Of a DNA stretch of 64,000 nt, positions 12,023-25,061 are shown piece by piece; the first letter of the stretch is position 1; the number at the start of each line of letters is the position of its first letter. The stretch is from contig NC_045138.2 in NCBI RefSeq assembly GCF_008831285.2, positions 42,160,001-42,224,000 on the forward strand, written 5' to 3'. The notes beneath the pieces were generated by a model. The model did no database searches and was not told the origin of the DNA. It worked only from the letters and a program-made list of their open reading frames with translations. A program made the translations under genes and the position numbers. Source of the stretch: Nymphaea colorata (lineage: Eukaryota).

Positions 12023-15000
12023 TGTTCGCAACCCACACCTCTCTCGAAGAGTGTTAAATGCGGATCAGCGAAATTCTTTTAAAATTGAGATTTTGAAGAA
12101 TATTTTAATGGAAAGGGATCCGCCCGTCGGTACGAGGTCCAACCGTTCCTGCAACCTTTAATAGGGGTAATTGGACCAAGGACTATGGATCATTTGGTTC
12201 ATATACGAGTTTTTGATGCAAATCCTATATGCTTATGCATTGAGGTTTTGGATTCAAGAACCAAAATTGATTTTGAAAGAGTGATTTGAACTTGTTTTAA
12301 AGATTATAGGATTTTCAAGTTGGTTTAAAAAACAACCTTTGTTTTTGTCCCATTCGATTTGAAATACACAATTCTTGAGGATTTTGACGAGTGAAATTGA
12401 GTTCTTTGTTGTGAACTCTAGATGGTTCATGAGTTGAAATTATGATCAACTTTTGAAAAATAGCTAAGTTTTCTTAGCAAAGAAACTTGATTTTTGAATT
12501 CTTCTTTTGCCAAATCGCGTGATTTGATTAAGTCGAGTTCATTCTTTTGATGAAACATAGGTTCAAAATTGTTAGAAAATGTGTTGTTTTCCAAACACAC
12601 TTTGGCCAAGGTTATGAGTGCATTGCTTGTGTTTTCTTTGGAAGTTAAGGGAAGTTTACAAATTCTTGTTGCAATATGACTTGGTCACTTTTTGCAACTC
12701 AAATTAGAATCACTTAACTTCTTGAGAATGTGCATGTGGTGCTATTGATTTTGAGTGAAAGTGAATGCATGAAATGAGAAGGAAAACTACATGAAACATT
12801 TATTCTTTTTCTCTCTCATAATCTCTCAAAATTCATTCATATGAAACATACATTCTTCACTCTCTCATAATCTCTTAAGGTTCATATTGTAATTGCACAT
12901 CATACAATCCACACATAAAGATTGATTTTAACTAACATGTAGGACTTTCTCTAAATATGCTTATTATATTATTAAGCACATGAATTAGAGATGTAGTCCA
13001 TAAGCTTGAGACTTGACATAAAACTATCAAAATGATGAAAAATATACAAATAATGTGAAAATCAATTTTTTTTTTTTGAAATAGATAGGAGACAAGGATG
13101 ACATCCACTTTTGTCTCAAGATAGCTAAAAAAAATCAGAACTTATGTTGATTTAGATAGCTGAAAATTATGGACATTGATTCCAATAAAGGGCTTGTTTC
13201 TTAGATAGAAATGAGAAGTCCTTCATCAAATTTCAGGTTTCGTACTCATGAAATCGTCAACTTCTTTGGATGGTTCTAGGATAGTTGGCATTTTAAATAT
13301 ATAAAATTTGATATTCTTAAACCAATTCCTATAAAACATGGTCTGATTTCAACAACATACATACATCTTACGTGTGGATTGCTGAAATTAAGCAAATTTT
13401 AAAATGAAATGAAAATGATTTCATAACTTGGTACTATGAAAATCAAAATGAACCGTTTTCTTAAAATCAGTTTGGAAACATGTTTCAATCTTATTTTAAG
13501 AAAGGAAAGCAATTTTTAGCAATAGATTGAGCACGTATATGTATATATATAACACGTATACATATACGTACCTCACTTTTCAAAATGAAATTTTATCAAG
13601 GGACCACACGACTCATGAATCATGATGATTCATAGTTGGGTTCTTTTACGTGGGAGGATTGAAAACTTGTTTCAAATCTCCCATAATACCGTTGATTCAT
13701 TAAATGAATCATGAAACAACATAACTTTAAATAGACAGAGATAAATGGATACTCAAGTTAGTTCATCCTTAATTTCGCCATGCAAAGGTGGATTATATTC
13801 ATGAGAATGAATCCATCCTTAACAGGCTTTTTCGTCATATATATATTGCAACAAGTTCACTCTCTCACCATGATATTCTCTCATGGTGGGAAGTTCAAAA
13901 TGGTTTTAAGCTGGTTATTTTGAAAGGGACGTGGCCTTGGAGCCCTTTTCAAAATTTGATACATGGGTTCATCTTTAAGAAAAACCGACGTATGCATGCA
14001 TGATGCATTAACATGTACATTTATATCGTACGTTTCCCTTAGCCGGACATCATTCCCAGCTATGAAACAAATGAAAATAAACCCTCCCACGAATTGCTGG
14101 AATTAAAATGAACTAATGAGAAGCCAAAATAGATGAGAAATGGTTAAAATCACCTACCTTGCGGTCGGTCTTGATACTTGATCTTCACATTCACTTGTTT
14201 TCTAAATCGAGCAATCCTAAGCAAGAATCCAAGCTTGGATTCAAGCTTAGCAAAGCTAGAAGTAGAATAGCTTGCTTCCTGGAATTTGTAGTAGGAAAGA
14301 AGGCTTCTCACTACGAAAATCCTAAGTAAAGGTCCACTCAAGCACCCTAACTTAGCAAAATCAATGGAGAAAATAGAAGAAAATGAAGAAGGAAATGGGA
14401 GAAAGCGTGAAGGAGGCTTGGACGAAATCTTCTTCTCCTCCTTGGCTTCTCCCCCTTAGCTCCTTAACTGATACCCCTTCAAAAATTTCGTCATCCTCCT
14501 TGGTGGCCAAGGGGAGGCTTAATAGAGGAGGAGGTGGGTTCAACCACCTCCTTAACTCACCTTGGGAACTCACATAAGAACTTGGGGACTTGTAAAATGA
14601 GTTAAATAGGCTTTAAATGCTCTAATTGACCATTTCTTAGCCCATTTGCACGAGCTAGATGGGCTGGGCTAGGTTTGGTCAACATTGGTTTAGACATAGT
14701 TGACCAACTTCGACCAAAATTTCAGATGAAAATGCCCTTGCACATGGTTTTGCCTTATTTTGTGCTATTTTTTTTTTAAATCAAGCTTGTTAGGTTAAAA
14801 CCTAGTTTTAAAGCTCCAAATGCCGTTGAATTATGATAATCCAATTTAAATTTGAATAAAATTTGAAAATTCTATCAAATTTGGCTCGAAAAGGGTATTT
14901 TCGTCCATAATTTGATTGAAGGTGAATTTCGACTGAATCAAACTTTCGTTTGAAAGATTGATTTTCAATTTGGTATTTGATTTATGTATTTGACAAATCC

Positions 15001-15861
15001 AAATGTATATTTACCTTTCATTAGCCAACTTATGTTCTGTAATCTCAATTTGACCATAGAAGGGCAAAATTGTTTAGATTGGTCAATTTCGACCAATTGA
15101 CGGAAGTCAAAGCTCATTTGCGAGTAGTTTGATTTTGTTTGAGGTAATTTGATAAATTTGAGCCAAGAAAGCTCTTAATTGAGCTAAATTGTACTTTGAC
15201 TGAGTTTAGTCAAAGTGGGTTTGGTTTGGTCAAAGTCTATTTTCGTCCATTAATTGGATCGTGAGACAGACTTATCCTTTTTTACTGTGCCAAGCCCAAG
15301 TTGACCGAGCCTAGCTGAGATTGATGCCATATTTGGGTGCACTAGAGTGAAACCTACTTGAATTAAGTATGTTTGGTGAATTTGACCAGCCTCGTTATTG
15401 CTCCTTGAAAATTGACTCCTCTTTAAAGAGGACCTGGTTAAAGATGTGTCACTTTTCCTAGGTTTTTCATTCATTTCTCCTTGAAAATGACTTTTCTTTA
15501 ATTAATTTTTAGAGCAAATATTTTTTTTTTTAAATGGAGAGGGGCGTGGCCCCTGGGGGCTCTTGACCACACAGGCTATGTGGGGACCACACATGGGTCC
15601 CACGTAGCATTCTAGACTCAACTCTTGGATCTAAGTCAAAATTTGAATTTTGTAATTGGATTTGGATGTCAAATGACATTTGTAATTGGATTTGGACTCG
15701 TAATCCTGCATTGGGATTCATGTCACGGGTTAAATTCATGATTTGAATCTAAACTGTTCTTTAGATTCGAAATTGGCTTTGAAATTACAAATTTTCACAA
15801 TTCTTTTGTGAAATTTTCACATTGCTTCAATTTTGATGTGGAAAAATTTGAGGTGTTAACA
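12023..15861 (-). repeat. 5' LTR of the Ogre element (~3839 bp)
   Basis: Minus-strand termini TGTTAACA...GCGAACA (TG..CA, with TGTT/AACA inverted ends). It is bounded by the PBS and duplicated at 1-2852. Confidence 0.92.
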
Positions 15862-17934
15862 GCTGGTTGTTTTGAAAGGGACGTGGCCTTGTGGCCTTTT
15901 CCAAAATTTGATTCATGGGTTCATCTTTTAGAAAAACTGACTCATGCATGCATTATACATTAACATGTACATTTAATCGTAGTTTTCCTCTAGTTGGACA
16001 TCATTGCCAACTATAAAATAAATGAAAATAAAACCCTCCCACGAATTGCTGAAATTGAAATGAACCAACAAGAACCTAAAGTATATCAGAAATGAGTTAA
16101 AATCACCTACCTTGCAGTCGGTCTTGATATTTGATTTTCTTCATTACTTGTTTTCTAAATCAAGCAATCCTAAGCAAGAATCCAAGTCTTGATATTTGAT
16201 TTTCTTCATTACTTGTTTTCTAAATCAAGCAATCCTAAGCAAGAATCCAAGTTTGGATTTGAGCTTAACAAAGCAAGAACAGTGGGGAAGAGAGGGCTTC
16301 TCTCCATGAAAATCCTAAGTAAGGGTTCACTTAAGCATCCTAACTTAGCAAACTTGATTGAGAGAATAGGGGAAAAGAAGAAAAGAATGAGAGAGAGGGG
16401 AGAAGAGAAGAGAACTTGGACGAATTTTCCTTATCCTCCTTGGCTTCTCCCTCCTAGCTCCTTGGCTGCAGTAACTTGATGAAAACTTCAAAAATTCGTC
16501 CCCCCTTGCCCCCCACCCCTCCCGAGTTGCCAAGGGAGGGCTTATATAGAAGAGAAGAAGGGTGCAAACACCTTCTTAACTCACATTGGAAACTCACTTA
16601 AAACTTTGGAAACTTGTAAAATGAGTTAAATAAGGTTTAATGGCTCCAATTAATCACTCTTAGCTCATTTACACGATCTAGGTGAGCTGGGCTAGGCGTG
16701 GTCAACCTTGGTTTAGAATTAGTTGACCAACTTTGACTAAAATTTTGAACAAAAATGCCCTTGCATATGGTTTTACCTTATTTTGTTCTATTTATTATTA
16801 TTTTTGCTTGAAATTGAGCTTGTTAGGTTAAAACCTAGTTGTTAAGCTCTAAATGTTATTGAATTATGACAATTCAATTAAAATTTGAATAAAATTTGAA
16901 AATTCTATCAAATTTAGTTCAAAAAGGTTATTTTTGTCCATAACTTGATTGAATATGGATTTCAATTTAATCAAACTTTAGTTTGAAATATTTAATTTTA
17001 ATTTGGTATTTGATTTATGCATTTGACAAATCCAAATGTATATTTACCTCTCATAAAATCCTAAATTAGATTTTGTAATCTGAATTTGATCATAAAAGGG
17101 TGAAATTGTCTAAATTGGTAAAATTTGACCAATTGACCAAAGTCAAAGCTCATTTGCTAGTAGTTTGACTTTGTTTGAGGTAATTTCATAAATTTGAGCT
17201 AAGAAAGCTCTTAATTAAGCTAAATTGCACTTTAACTGAGCTTAGTCAAAGTGGATTTCATCCGGTCAAGCTCTATTTTTGTTCACTAATTGGTTGTGGG
17301 ACAAACGTACCCTTTTGACTGAGTTGAGCTCATGTTGATTAAACCTAGCTGAAATTGACACCACATTTGGGCGCACCTGGGTCAAAGCTACTTGGTTTAA
17401 GTAGGTTTGGTGAGTTTAATTCTAATACTTATTGCTTCTTTGGAATTTAATTTTTCCTTAGCTAAGGGAGAGAGAAAGAGATTAATGTCTCTCTTTTCCT
17501 ATGAACCCTTATTCATTTCCTTTTGAAAATGATTTTTTATTTAATTGAGGAAAAATATTTAAAAAAAAAGGGTGCATGACCTCTTGGTGGGCTTCTGACC
17601 ACACAAGCTGGGTGGGGCCCACACGTGGGTCCCACATAGCATTCTAGACCGAATTAGATCCAATTCTTGGATTTAAATCAAATTTTGGATTTTGCAAATT
17701 GAATATCACGTTCAAATGACATTTATAATTAGATTTGAATTTCAAATCCTAATTTAGATCTAGTTTGAACTCATAATCTTGCTTTGGGATTTGTATCACA
17801 AGTCAAATTCATTATTTGAATCTAAATTGTCCTTTAGATTCGAAATTGGCTTTGAAATTGCATTTTTTCACAATTCTTTTGTAAAATTTTGACATTGCTT
17901 CAATTTTAGTGTGGACAAATTTGGGGTGTTAACA
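15862..17934 (-). mobile_element. Older, more diverged LTR of the same Ogre family, split by the younger element
   Basis: Homologous to ~13910-15861 but visibly more diverged. It ends GGGGTGTTAACA at 17934, begins abruptly at GCTGG right after the young LTR, and abuts Copia RNase H coding sequence. Confidence 0.88.
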
Positions 17935-20900
17935 TTGTGGCTTGTTTGCATGCACTCCACGCGACTAAGGATCACAGAAAAAATACAGCAAAACCTTCAG
18001 TTGGTTTACGGTCGTCCAAGTTGCCAGCCCAATCTCCATCATTATATGCTAAGATGTCGAGATTTGGAGATGGTGGGATGAGTAATCCATATGAAAGAGT
18101 GCCTTGAATGTTGTGTAAGATTGTCATAACAGCATTCCAATAAGTTTTTGTGAGGGCTTTCATATATTGGCAAACCTGGTTAATGGGAAAGCTGAGATCA
18201 GGCCATGTAAAAGTGAGGTATCTACAATTTGCCGATAGTGAGTGGGGTTGGGAAAAACCAGGCCATCATCTTGGAGGAGTTGGCTGGATGTCGACATGGG
18301 AGCTGAGGAGGGCTTTGCGTTGTCCATACCAGCTTTCTCTAAGAGTTCCACCATGTAATTTTGTTGAGTCAATTAAAGGCCCCGAGAGGTTTTGGTAGCC
18401 TTGATTTCAAGGCAAAAGTGCAAAGGGCATAGGTCCTTAAGGAGAAACTCATGGTTTAACTGCTCAATAGTATGAAAATTTGTGGTAGTGGAGATACTGA
18501 TGATGATGATGTCATTTACATAAATGATGCAGTATAAAACCTGAGTTCCACTAAAAAACATGAATAATGATTGATCAATTTTGGGCACATGACATATGTT
18601 TAAGGATATATATGGCTTTATGAAGTTTGCATACAAAAGTGGGCCGTTGCTTATAATAAATCATTGTGGTTGAGCCATATAAACTTCCCCAGAAAGCTCC
18701 CTATTGATAAATGCATTTGAAACGTCTACTTGTTGAATGTCCTTTAGAAACAGCAACAGTGAGGGCCATATGAATAGTTGGAGGTATAACAACTGGACTA
18801 AATTTGTCAAAATAGTCTACCCCTTGTTGCTGGGTGTAACCTTTTCCGACTAAGCACACTTTCTAGCACTGTAGTGAGCCATCGGCATTGTGCTTCATTT
18901 TAGAAACACACTTGCTTCCAATGACATTTTGAGAAGGTGATGAAGGAACCAAACTCCATGTCTTATTCTTTATCAGAGCTGCATACTTTTCTGCCATAGC
19001 ACACTGCCAATGTGGGTGTTTATCAGCTTGGAAGTAGGTCTTTGGTTTCTTTTCTTGGGAAACATGAGTTGTATGAAGGTAAACTTTGGATTTGAGGGAT
19101 CCAGTTTGAGAACGAGTGGTCATTGTGTTAGTTCTATGTGTGGGTGTAAGGTTAGTTTTGGGGGAGGTTATGGTGTGGTCTCGATAGGCATAAGACTCCA
19201 CAGAGGTAATGTGGGAGTCTATGGTGGTTGATAGAGGTGGTGAGTCATTTGGAGAAGTAGGCAATGAAGGTAGGTTAGGTCTTGTAAACTACGGAATGAT
19301 GGTGGTAAGGGACATGTAGTGGTGAAGGAGAGATTAGGTTGAGAGGGGAAGGGGATGGGTATCAATATATGTGATGTTGGCAATATGGAAGAAATGACCT
19401 TTTAGATAGAGAAACTTTTTCTTTGAATGGAAAACGGCCTTCATGGCGATTAGTGATTACTTGTTTCTTGCCGGAGTCAACACATACGTAGCCTTTGTGT
19501 GAGAGCTGTACCCAAGAAATGTACATGATTTGCTGCGGCAGTCCATATTATGAGTGTTGAATGGGCATACATATCACAACTAAAAATCTTAACAAAGTTG
19601 TAATCCAAAGTCTACTGAAAAAGAATCTGAAATGGAGACATCATATTGGTGACCGGCAATGGCATCCGGTTTATAAGAAAGGTGGCCGTAAGAAAGGCAA
19701 AGTCCCAAAACTTTTGTGGCATTCTGGTGTGAGCAAGAAGAGTGAGACCTGTCTCAACAACATGCCTATGTTTTCTCTTGACTTTGTCATTTTGTTCATG
19801 AGTATGTGGGCAAATGATGCGATGCTCGATGCCACATTGTTGGAGAAAAGTGGAGACATTGTGGAATTCACTCCCCAATCGCTTTGAAAATACTTGATTT
19901 TGGCATTTTCAACTTTCACCTTGAAATTTTGTACCATACTAAGAACATCATATTTATAGTTTATAACCAACATCCAACAAAACTGAGAGCAAGCATCAAT
20001 GAAACTGATGTAATATTGATATCCCCATCTAGATGGAATAGGAGAAGGCCCCAAAACATTAAAAATAATTAATTACAAAGGTTTTCAAACAACATATGAA
20101 GTTTCATCAAAAGGTAGAGCATGACTTTTACCCATTTGGCACACCTTACGAATATTATTTTAGGTCATTCAAGAACAGGCAAACCAAATTTAAACAAAAC
20201 ATTCCTAACAATCCTAAGAGATGGATGAACCATGTGTGAGTGCCACTAATTCAAGGAAGTTCACTTACCAACAAAAGCATGCACGAGTCCATTATGTTGA
20301 GACCCAATATTGTCAATTTGAGATGACATAAGCCATGATCGCTATCACCCTCCAACAGAATGTTTCCCCTCTTGCGATCCTACACAAAACACTTGTTAGG
20401 ATGAAACTCAAAAATAACACCATTATCCTTGACAAATTTGTGAACAGAAAGTAAATTATTTTTAAGAGCAAATGCAGGGCTATAAGGTGCATGAAAATAA
20501 GTGCTACCAATCTGAGATCTTTGCCATTACCTATTTTCACTTGATCATCCCATGTATATGTTAAACTGAGAGATAAGTTATTAAAGTTTGATGTCACATG
20601 ATGGGTGGCACACGAATTTGGGTACCATCCACTGGTCTCTGCTTGAGGAATGGCTTTAGTGTGAAATACTTCTGCAGTATTATCTTGACCCTTTTGAAAG
20701 GATTTGCACTGTTGGGCTCCATGACCTTGTTTTTTCCATAATTGACAAGTTGTATAGCATTGTTGTGTTGTGTGACCTGTGTTACCACATGCAAAACAAG
20801 TAATAGAATTTTTGTTTCCAGCACTTCTTTGATTATCTTAAGGGTGACCTTTGTATTTGGTGTTATGGCTGTTATTATAATTATATCCTCCACTTGTATC

Positions 20901-21061
20901 ATATTTCAAAGCAACATTGGCAGAAGGTGGAGACATGATTTCATTTATCTTGAAGTTGTGCTTCATGAGTGAGAAGCATCCCAAGGAGGTCGTCTAGAGT
21001 AACACCTTCTGATCTAGTATTAAGAGTTGTCTGAAAGGGCCCACATTCATGAATAGGAAGG

Positions 21062-24000
21062 TGTAATCACCCCAATTTTTTCTAAATTTTTTGAAGATCC
21101 AAATTAGATCCAAAACCCAAGTTCAGATCCGAATCGAGCATTTCAGACCCAAATTTGAGTCACATTCCAAACGACAAAATTTGAGCGTCACACACGTGCA
21201 GATCTTCCTTTTGCTCAAAAAACTCATTTCTCACGCCAAAATGAGTTTTAAACCCAAGTCGCACGCTCGAACGAGTCGACAACCGATTAAACCAAAATCG
21301 GATTTGGAGCGAGTTCGGAGCCGCCCAAAATGGAGTCGACTGCCCATTTTTTTTAACAAAGAACTTTTCTTTTACATATTTTAAATAAAAAATGAATGTT
21401 TAAACAATATTCTTATTCTATTAGATTTTATTTAATTTAAACAAAAAAAGAGAAGCGTCACGCGGTCGCTCGTCGAGCAACGCTAGCGCGCGAGTGGTTT
21501 CGATCGCTCGCTACAATGCGGTGAAGTAATCTTTCATTTTATAATTAAATCACACTTTTTCCTTTCTTGAATATATTCTTGTTGTTGTTGTTCTTACTCT
21601 TCATGAATATATTCTTGTTGTTATTGTTATATATTTCTTGAATATAGTCTTGTTGTTGTTCAATTATTTTCTCCATTATTCATCTCCCCATGGCCATACA
21701 AGATAGCCCTAAAATCTCTATTTTAGAGTCAATAGGCTATTCTTAAGTGCAGCGGAAGCATGAAAAGGCGATGTAATTTTTCATTTTATGATTAAATCAT
21801 GCTCTTTTCTTTCTTGAATATATTCCAGTTGTTGTTGTTCTTACTCTTCATGAATATATTCTTGTTGTTATTGTTATTTCTTTTCTTGAATATAGTCTTG
21901 TTGTTGTTCTATTATTTTCTCCCTTCTTCATCTATCCATTGCAATACAAGTTATCCCTAAAATCTCTATTTTAGAGTCATGAGGTTATTCTTAAGTGCAC
22001 CGGAAGCATGAGAAGGTGAAGTAACCTTTCATTTTATGATTAAATCATGCTTTTTCTTTTTTTGAATATAGTCTTGTTCTTGTTACTTTATTTTCTCTAT
22101 TCTTCATCTCCCCATGGCCATATGAGATAGTTTTCACTCTCTATTTTAGAGTCAAGAGGCTATGCTCGAGTGCACCGAGAGCATGAGATGAGATGATCTT
22201 TCATTTCATGGTTGAATCATGTTCTTTTTTTATTGCATGTAGTATTGTTTTGGTTTCTTCATTTTCTCCCCTCATTTCCCCATGGCCAAACAAGATAGCC
22301 CTCAAATCTCTATTTTAGAGTCAAGAGGCTATTCTTAAGTGCACTAGGAGAATGAGAAAATGAAGTGGTATTTTATTTTACGCTTGAATCCTGCTATCTC
22401 ATTTCTTGAATATAGTCTTGTTTTGCTTCTCCTTTTTTCTCCATTCCTCATTTCCCTATGGCTAGCTCTCAATCTCTATTCTAGAGTCAAGTGGCTATGC
22501 TTGAGTGCACCGGGAGTATGAGATGAGATGTTATTTTATTTTATGATTGCATCATGTTCTATCTTTTCTTGAATGTATTCTTGTTGTGATGTTTTTCTTT
22601 TCTCTCATTTTCATCTCCCCATGGCCATATGAGATAACTCTCAATCTCTATTTTAGAGTCAAGAGGCTATGCTCGAGTGCACCGAGAGCATGAAAAGATG
22701 AGATGATATTTCATTTTATGATTGAATCATGCTCTCTCTCTTTCATTGGATATTGCTTTGTTTTAAGATATTGTCTATGCATAGTTATTTGATTTTTCCT
22801 ATCTATATGTGAATGCACAGTGAGAATGAGAGTATGATTTGGGTTTCTTTCATACCCAACAATGGAAGAAACATATTCCCTTGCATCCAATGAAATAACT
22901 ATGTTTTCTGTTTATAATCATGTCTTTTGAAATATTTTCAAAAGAACCCTTTCTAATGTGGCTTTGGGGACTTAGCTTAGACTATTACATTGGTCCAAGC
23001 TTCCCCTCTAGCCTACATCAAACTTGAAGTCGGTTATTTTTTATTTATTGATTTTTCATCTCATGAAGACACGTATGTATATACATGTTATATACATAGA
23101 CGTCCACATTATGATTCTCTTCATTTTTCTCTCTCTACGCTTCTATATTTTATTTTAATACATATATGAATGCATATATATATATATATGAATGTCTTAT
23201 TTTCTCTCTCTAGAATCTTTTATTTCTCTTTTCAACTCAAATTCCTTCATTTACAAATTTCTTATATATATATATGTCTCTTTTTCTTTCCCGTTCTATT
23301 TAATTTAAGACTTTATTTTCAAAAGCTTTTACAAATATGTATGCATACATATAGAGAATACATATCTCCTCCTGTTTCAAAATTTTCCATTTATAGTGAT
23401 TTTTGAGGTCTCTCTCTCTCTCTTTCTCTCTCTTTTTATAAGAATATTGCATCTCTTTCATTCCTTTAGGCATTTTCTCATGATCTTTTATTCACCGACT
23501 TCATCAAGACCAAAACTCAAGTAATGACCCAATATTGGATTCATGCTTGATGGTCTACAACTCCAATCCATTTTCAAAACTTTTCTTTCTTCATAAACAT
23601 TTATGTTAACTATGAAAACAAAAATCTTAGATGAATGTTGTGGTAGAAATGCTTTATTCATATAGAATCAATGCATTCATGCATTATACTCACTTAAAAT
23701 CACTTGTGATCGCAAGCACCACTCCAAAGAAATTAACCAATAGGAGATGAAGCTCTAACTAGGTGGTAACCGAATTAGAGCAAAATCTCAAACCTACTTA
23801 AAGTCTTAAGAGAGCACCAAAATGACTTCAAAATGATTTCCCAAGCTTTTCAAACGATATTTATAAAGATTTTTCAATTCTAGTTTTCCCTAAAATATTT
23901 CATATTCTCAAATGATTCTTTAAGAACCTTTTCAAAAGTTTGAAACATCAAACTTCCAATATTTTTCTACACCGCATATAAAATGGAAAAGATGTTCAAG

Positions 24001-24174
24001 CCAAAGTGAAATGCATCAATAATAAACATAGCCCTTGGGTTAATTACCCTCGGTAAAGGCATCGGGAATGGTTGATCCTTGTACCGATGGGCGAGTCTCT
24101 TTCTCTCCTATTTTCAAAACAAATCTCATTTTTTTGGAGCATTTCAAAATCCAAAAATTTTGGAGATGCGAACA
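21062..24174 (+). mobile_element. Solo LTR (3113 bp), Ogre/Tat-like, with 5-bp TSD GAAGG
   Basis: Starts TGTAATCACCCC and ends GCGAACA. GAAGG occurs at 21057-21061 and 24175-24179. It splits Copia gag after GGL. Its termini and a subterminal GTACCGA(T/C)GGGCG motif match the Ogre LTR. Confidence 0.93.
21520..22740 (+). repeat. Degenerate tandem array (~170-250-bp units, ~7 copies) inside the solo LTR
   Basis: Anchor CTCTATT(T/C)TAGAGTCA at ~21716, 21964, 22139, 22308, 22474 and 22646. Confidence 0.9.
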
Positions 24175-24784
24175 GAAGGCCACCAAGAATAAAAGTAACT
24201 AGATCTTCATCATCAATAGGCTTTGATGTCAAGGCCAACTGATGTGCAAGACTTGGAGCCCTGTGAAAATAATATAAAATAGACTCTTATCCTTTCTTCA
24301 AGTTGGTTAGTTGAGCTTTGAGTTGTTGAACTCTAGCTCTAGACCTAGCTGAGTATATTCTTTTCAAGCTAGACTAGACTCTTTAGACTTAGATGAACAT
24401 ACCTACTACGTTGGTTATGAACATGATCAGTAAGGGAGGATAGAATCCAGCCAAGTAGTAGTTTTCCGCAGCCAATCAATGAAGGCAAGGTTGATAACAT
24501 CTTTTTCAGTCAAAAACTTCTTTGTGCAAACAAGAGATCCATCAACATAAACAAATAAATCATAACATTTCAATAAAGGAACAAATTGAGATTCCCACAA
24601 CAGAAAATTGTTGGTGGACAAATTTTCGAACAGTAAATATTGTAAATTGGAGGGAGCCGAAGATTGAAATCTGAAGTTGACATGGTGCCATTCAACGAGC
24701 TTTCTTGCGCTCCGTTAGTTCCAGATGCCAGGACTGAATCGGACCCAAATGATGAGACTCAGAATTTTCCATAAGGAAGAAGAA

Positions 24785-24796
24785 GCTCTGATACCA
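24785..24796 (-). other. Copia primer-binding site (tRNA-iMet)
   Basis: Minus strand TGGTATCAGAGC. Confidence 0.9.
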
Positions 24797-25061
24797 TATT
24801 GAAAATATGAAAGAGTAAAGGAAGAAGATAATTGAGAAAGGAAGTTTTCATTCCATTGATTGATTTTCTTGGAAACTTTATATTCCTTTTTATACAAAAT
24901 ACAAGAGTAGTTGCAATACTTAATGTATTTCCTTAACTTGATGAACAACACTCTTTCCATTTGTGTTGAGTTGTTGCATGGATCCTTCTCCTGGATATTT
25001 GCTCTCTTTAATTTTGTCATGATCCTTAATTTGATTTTCAAACTCATTAGTTATGCTAATA
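24797..25061 (-). repeat. Probable 5' LTR of the Copia element (~265 bp), termini decayed to TA...TA
   Basis: Lies between the PBS and the point where kinase homology stops (after TLWYR). No second copy in the window to confirm it. Confidence 0.55.

Larger units (their letters stand above)
1..15861 (-). mobile_element. Ty3/Gypsy LTR retrotransposon, Tat/Ogre lineage, near full length (3' LTR runs off the left edge); coding region inactivated
   Basis: Two long direct repeats (1-2852 matches ~13047-15861), PBS at 12003-12020, PPT at 2853-2868. Minus-strand domain order is ORF1-gag-PR-G-patch-RT-RH-aRH-INT. The second RNase H, the extra 5' ORF and the very long LTRs are Tat/Ogre hallmarks. Confidence 0.95.
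17935..25061 (-). mobile_element. Ty1/Copia LTR retrotransposon (RE1/RE2-like gag), decayed; interrupted by a solo LTR in gag and by the Ogre LTR in RNase H
   Basis: Met-i PBS at 24785-24796; gag NNFLLWESQFVPLLKCYDLFVYVDGS and LALTSKPIDDEDLVTFILGGL; integrase GPSPIPSRWGYQYYISFIDACS and CPHTHEQN..KRKHRHVVETGL; RT WQCAMAEKYAALIKNKTWSLVP and IIYVNDIII; RH AYNDGDWAGNLDDRKPTEG..AWSACKQAT. Order is INT-RT-RH. Confidence 0.92.
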
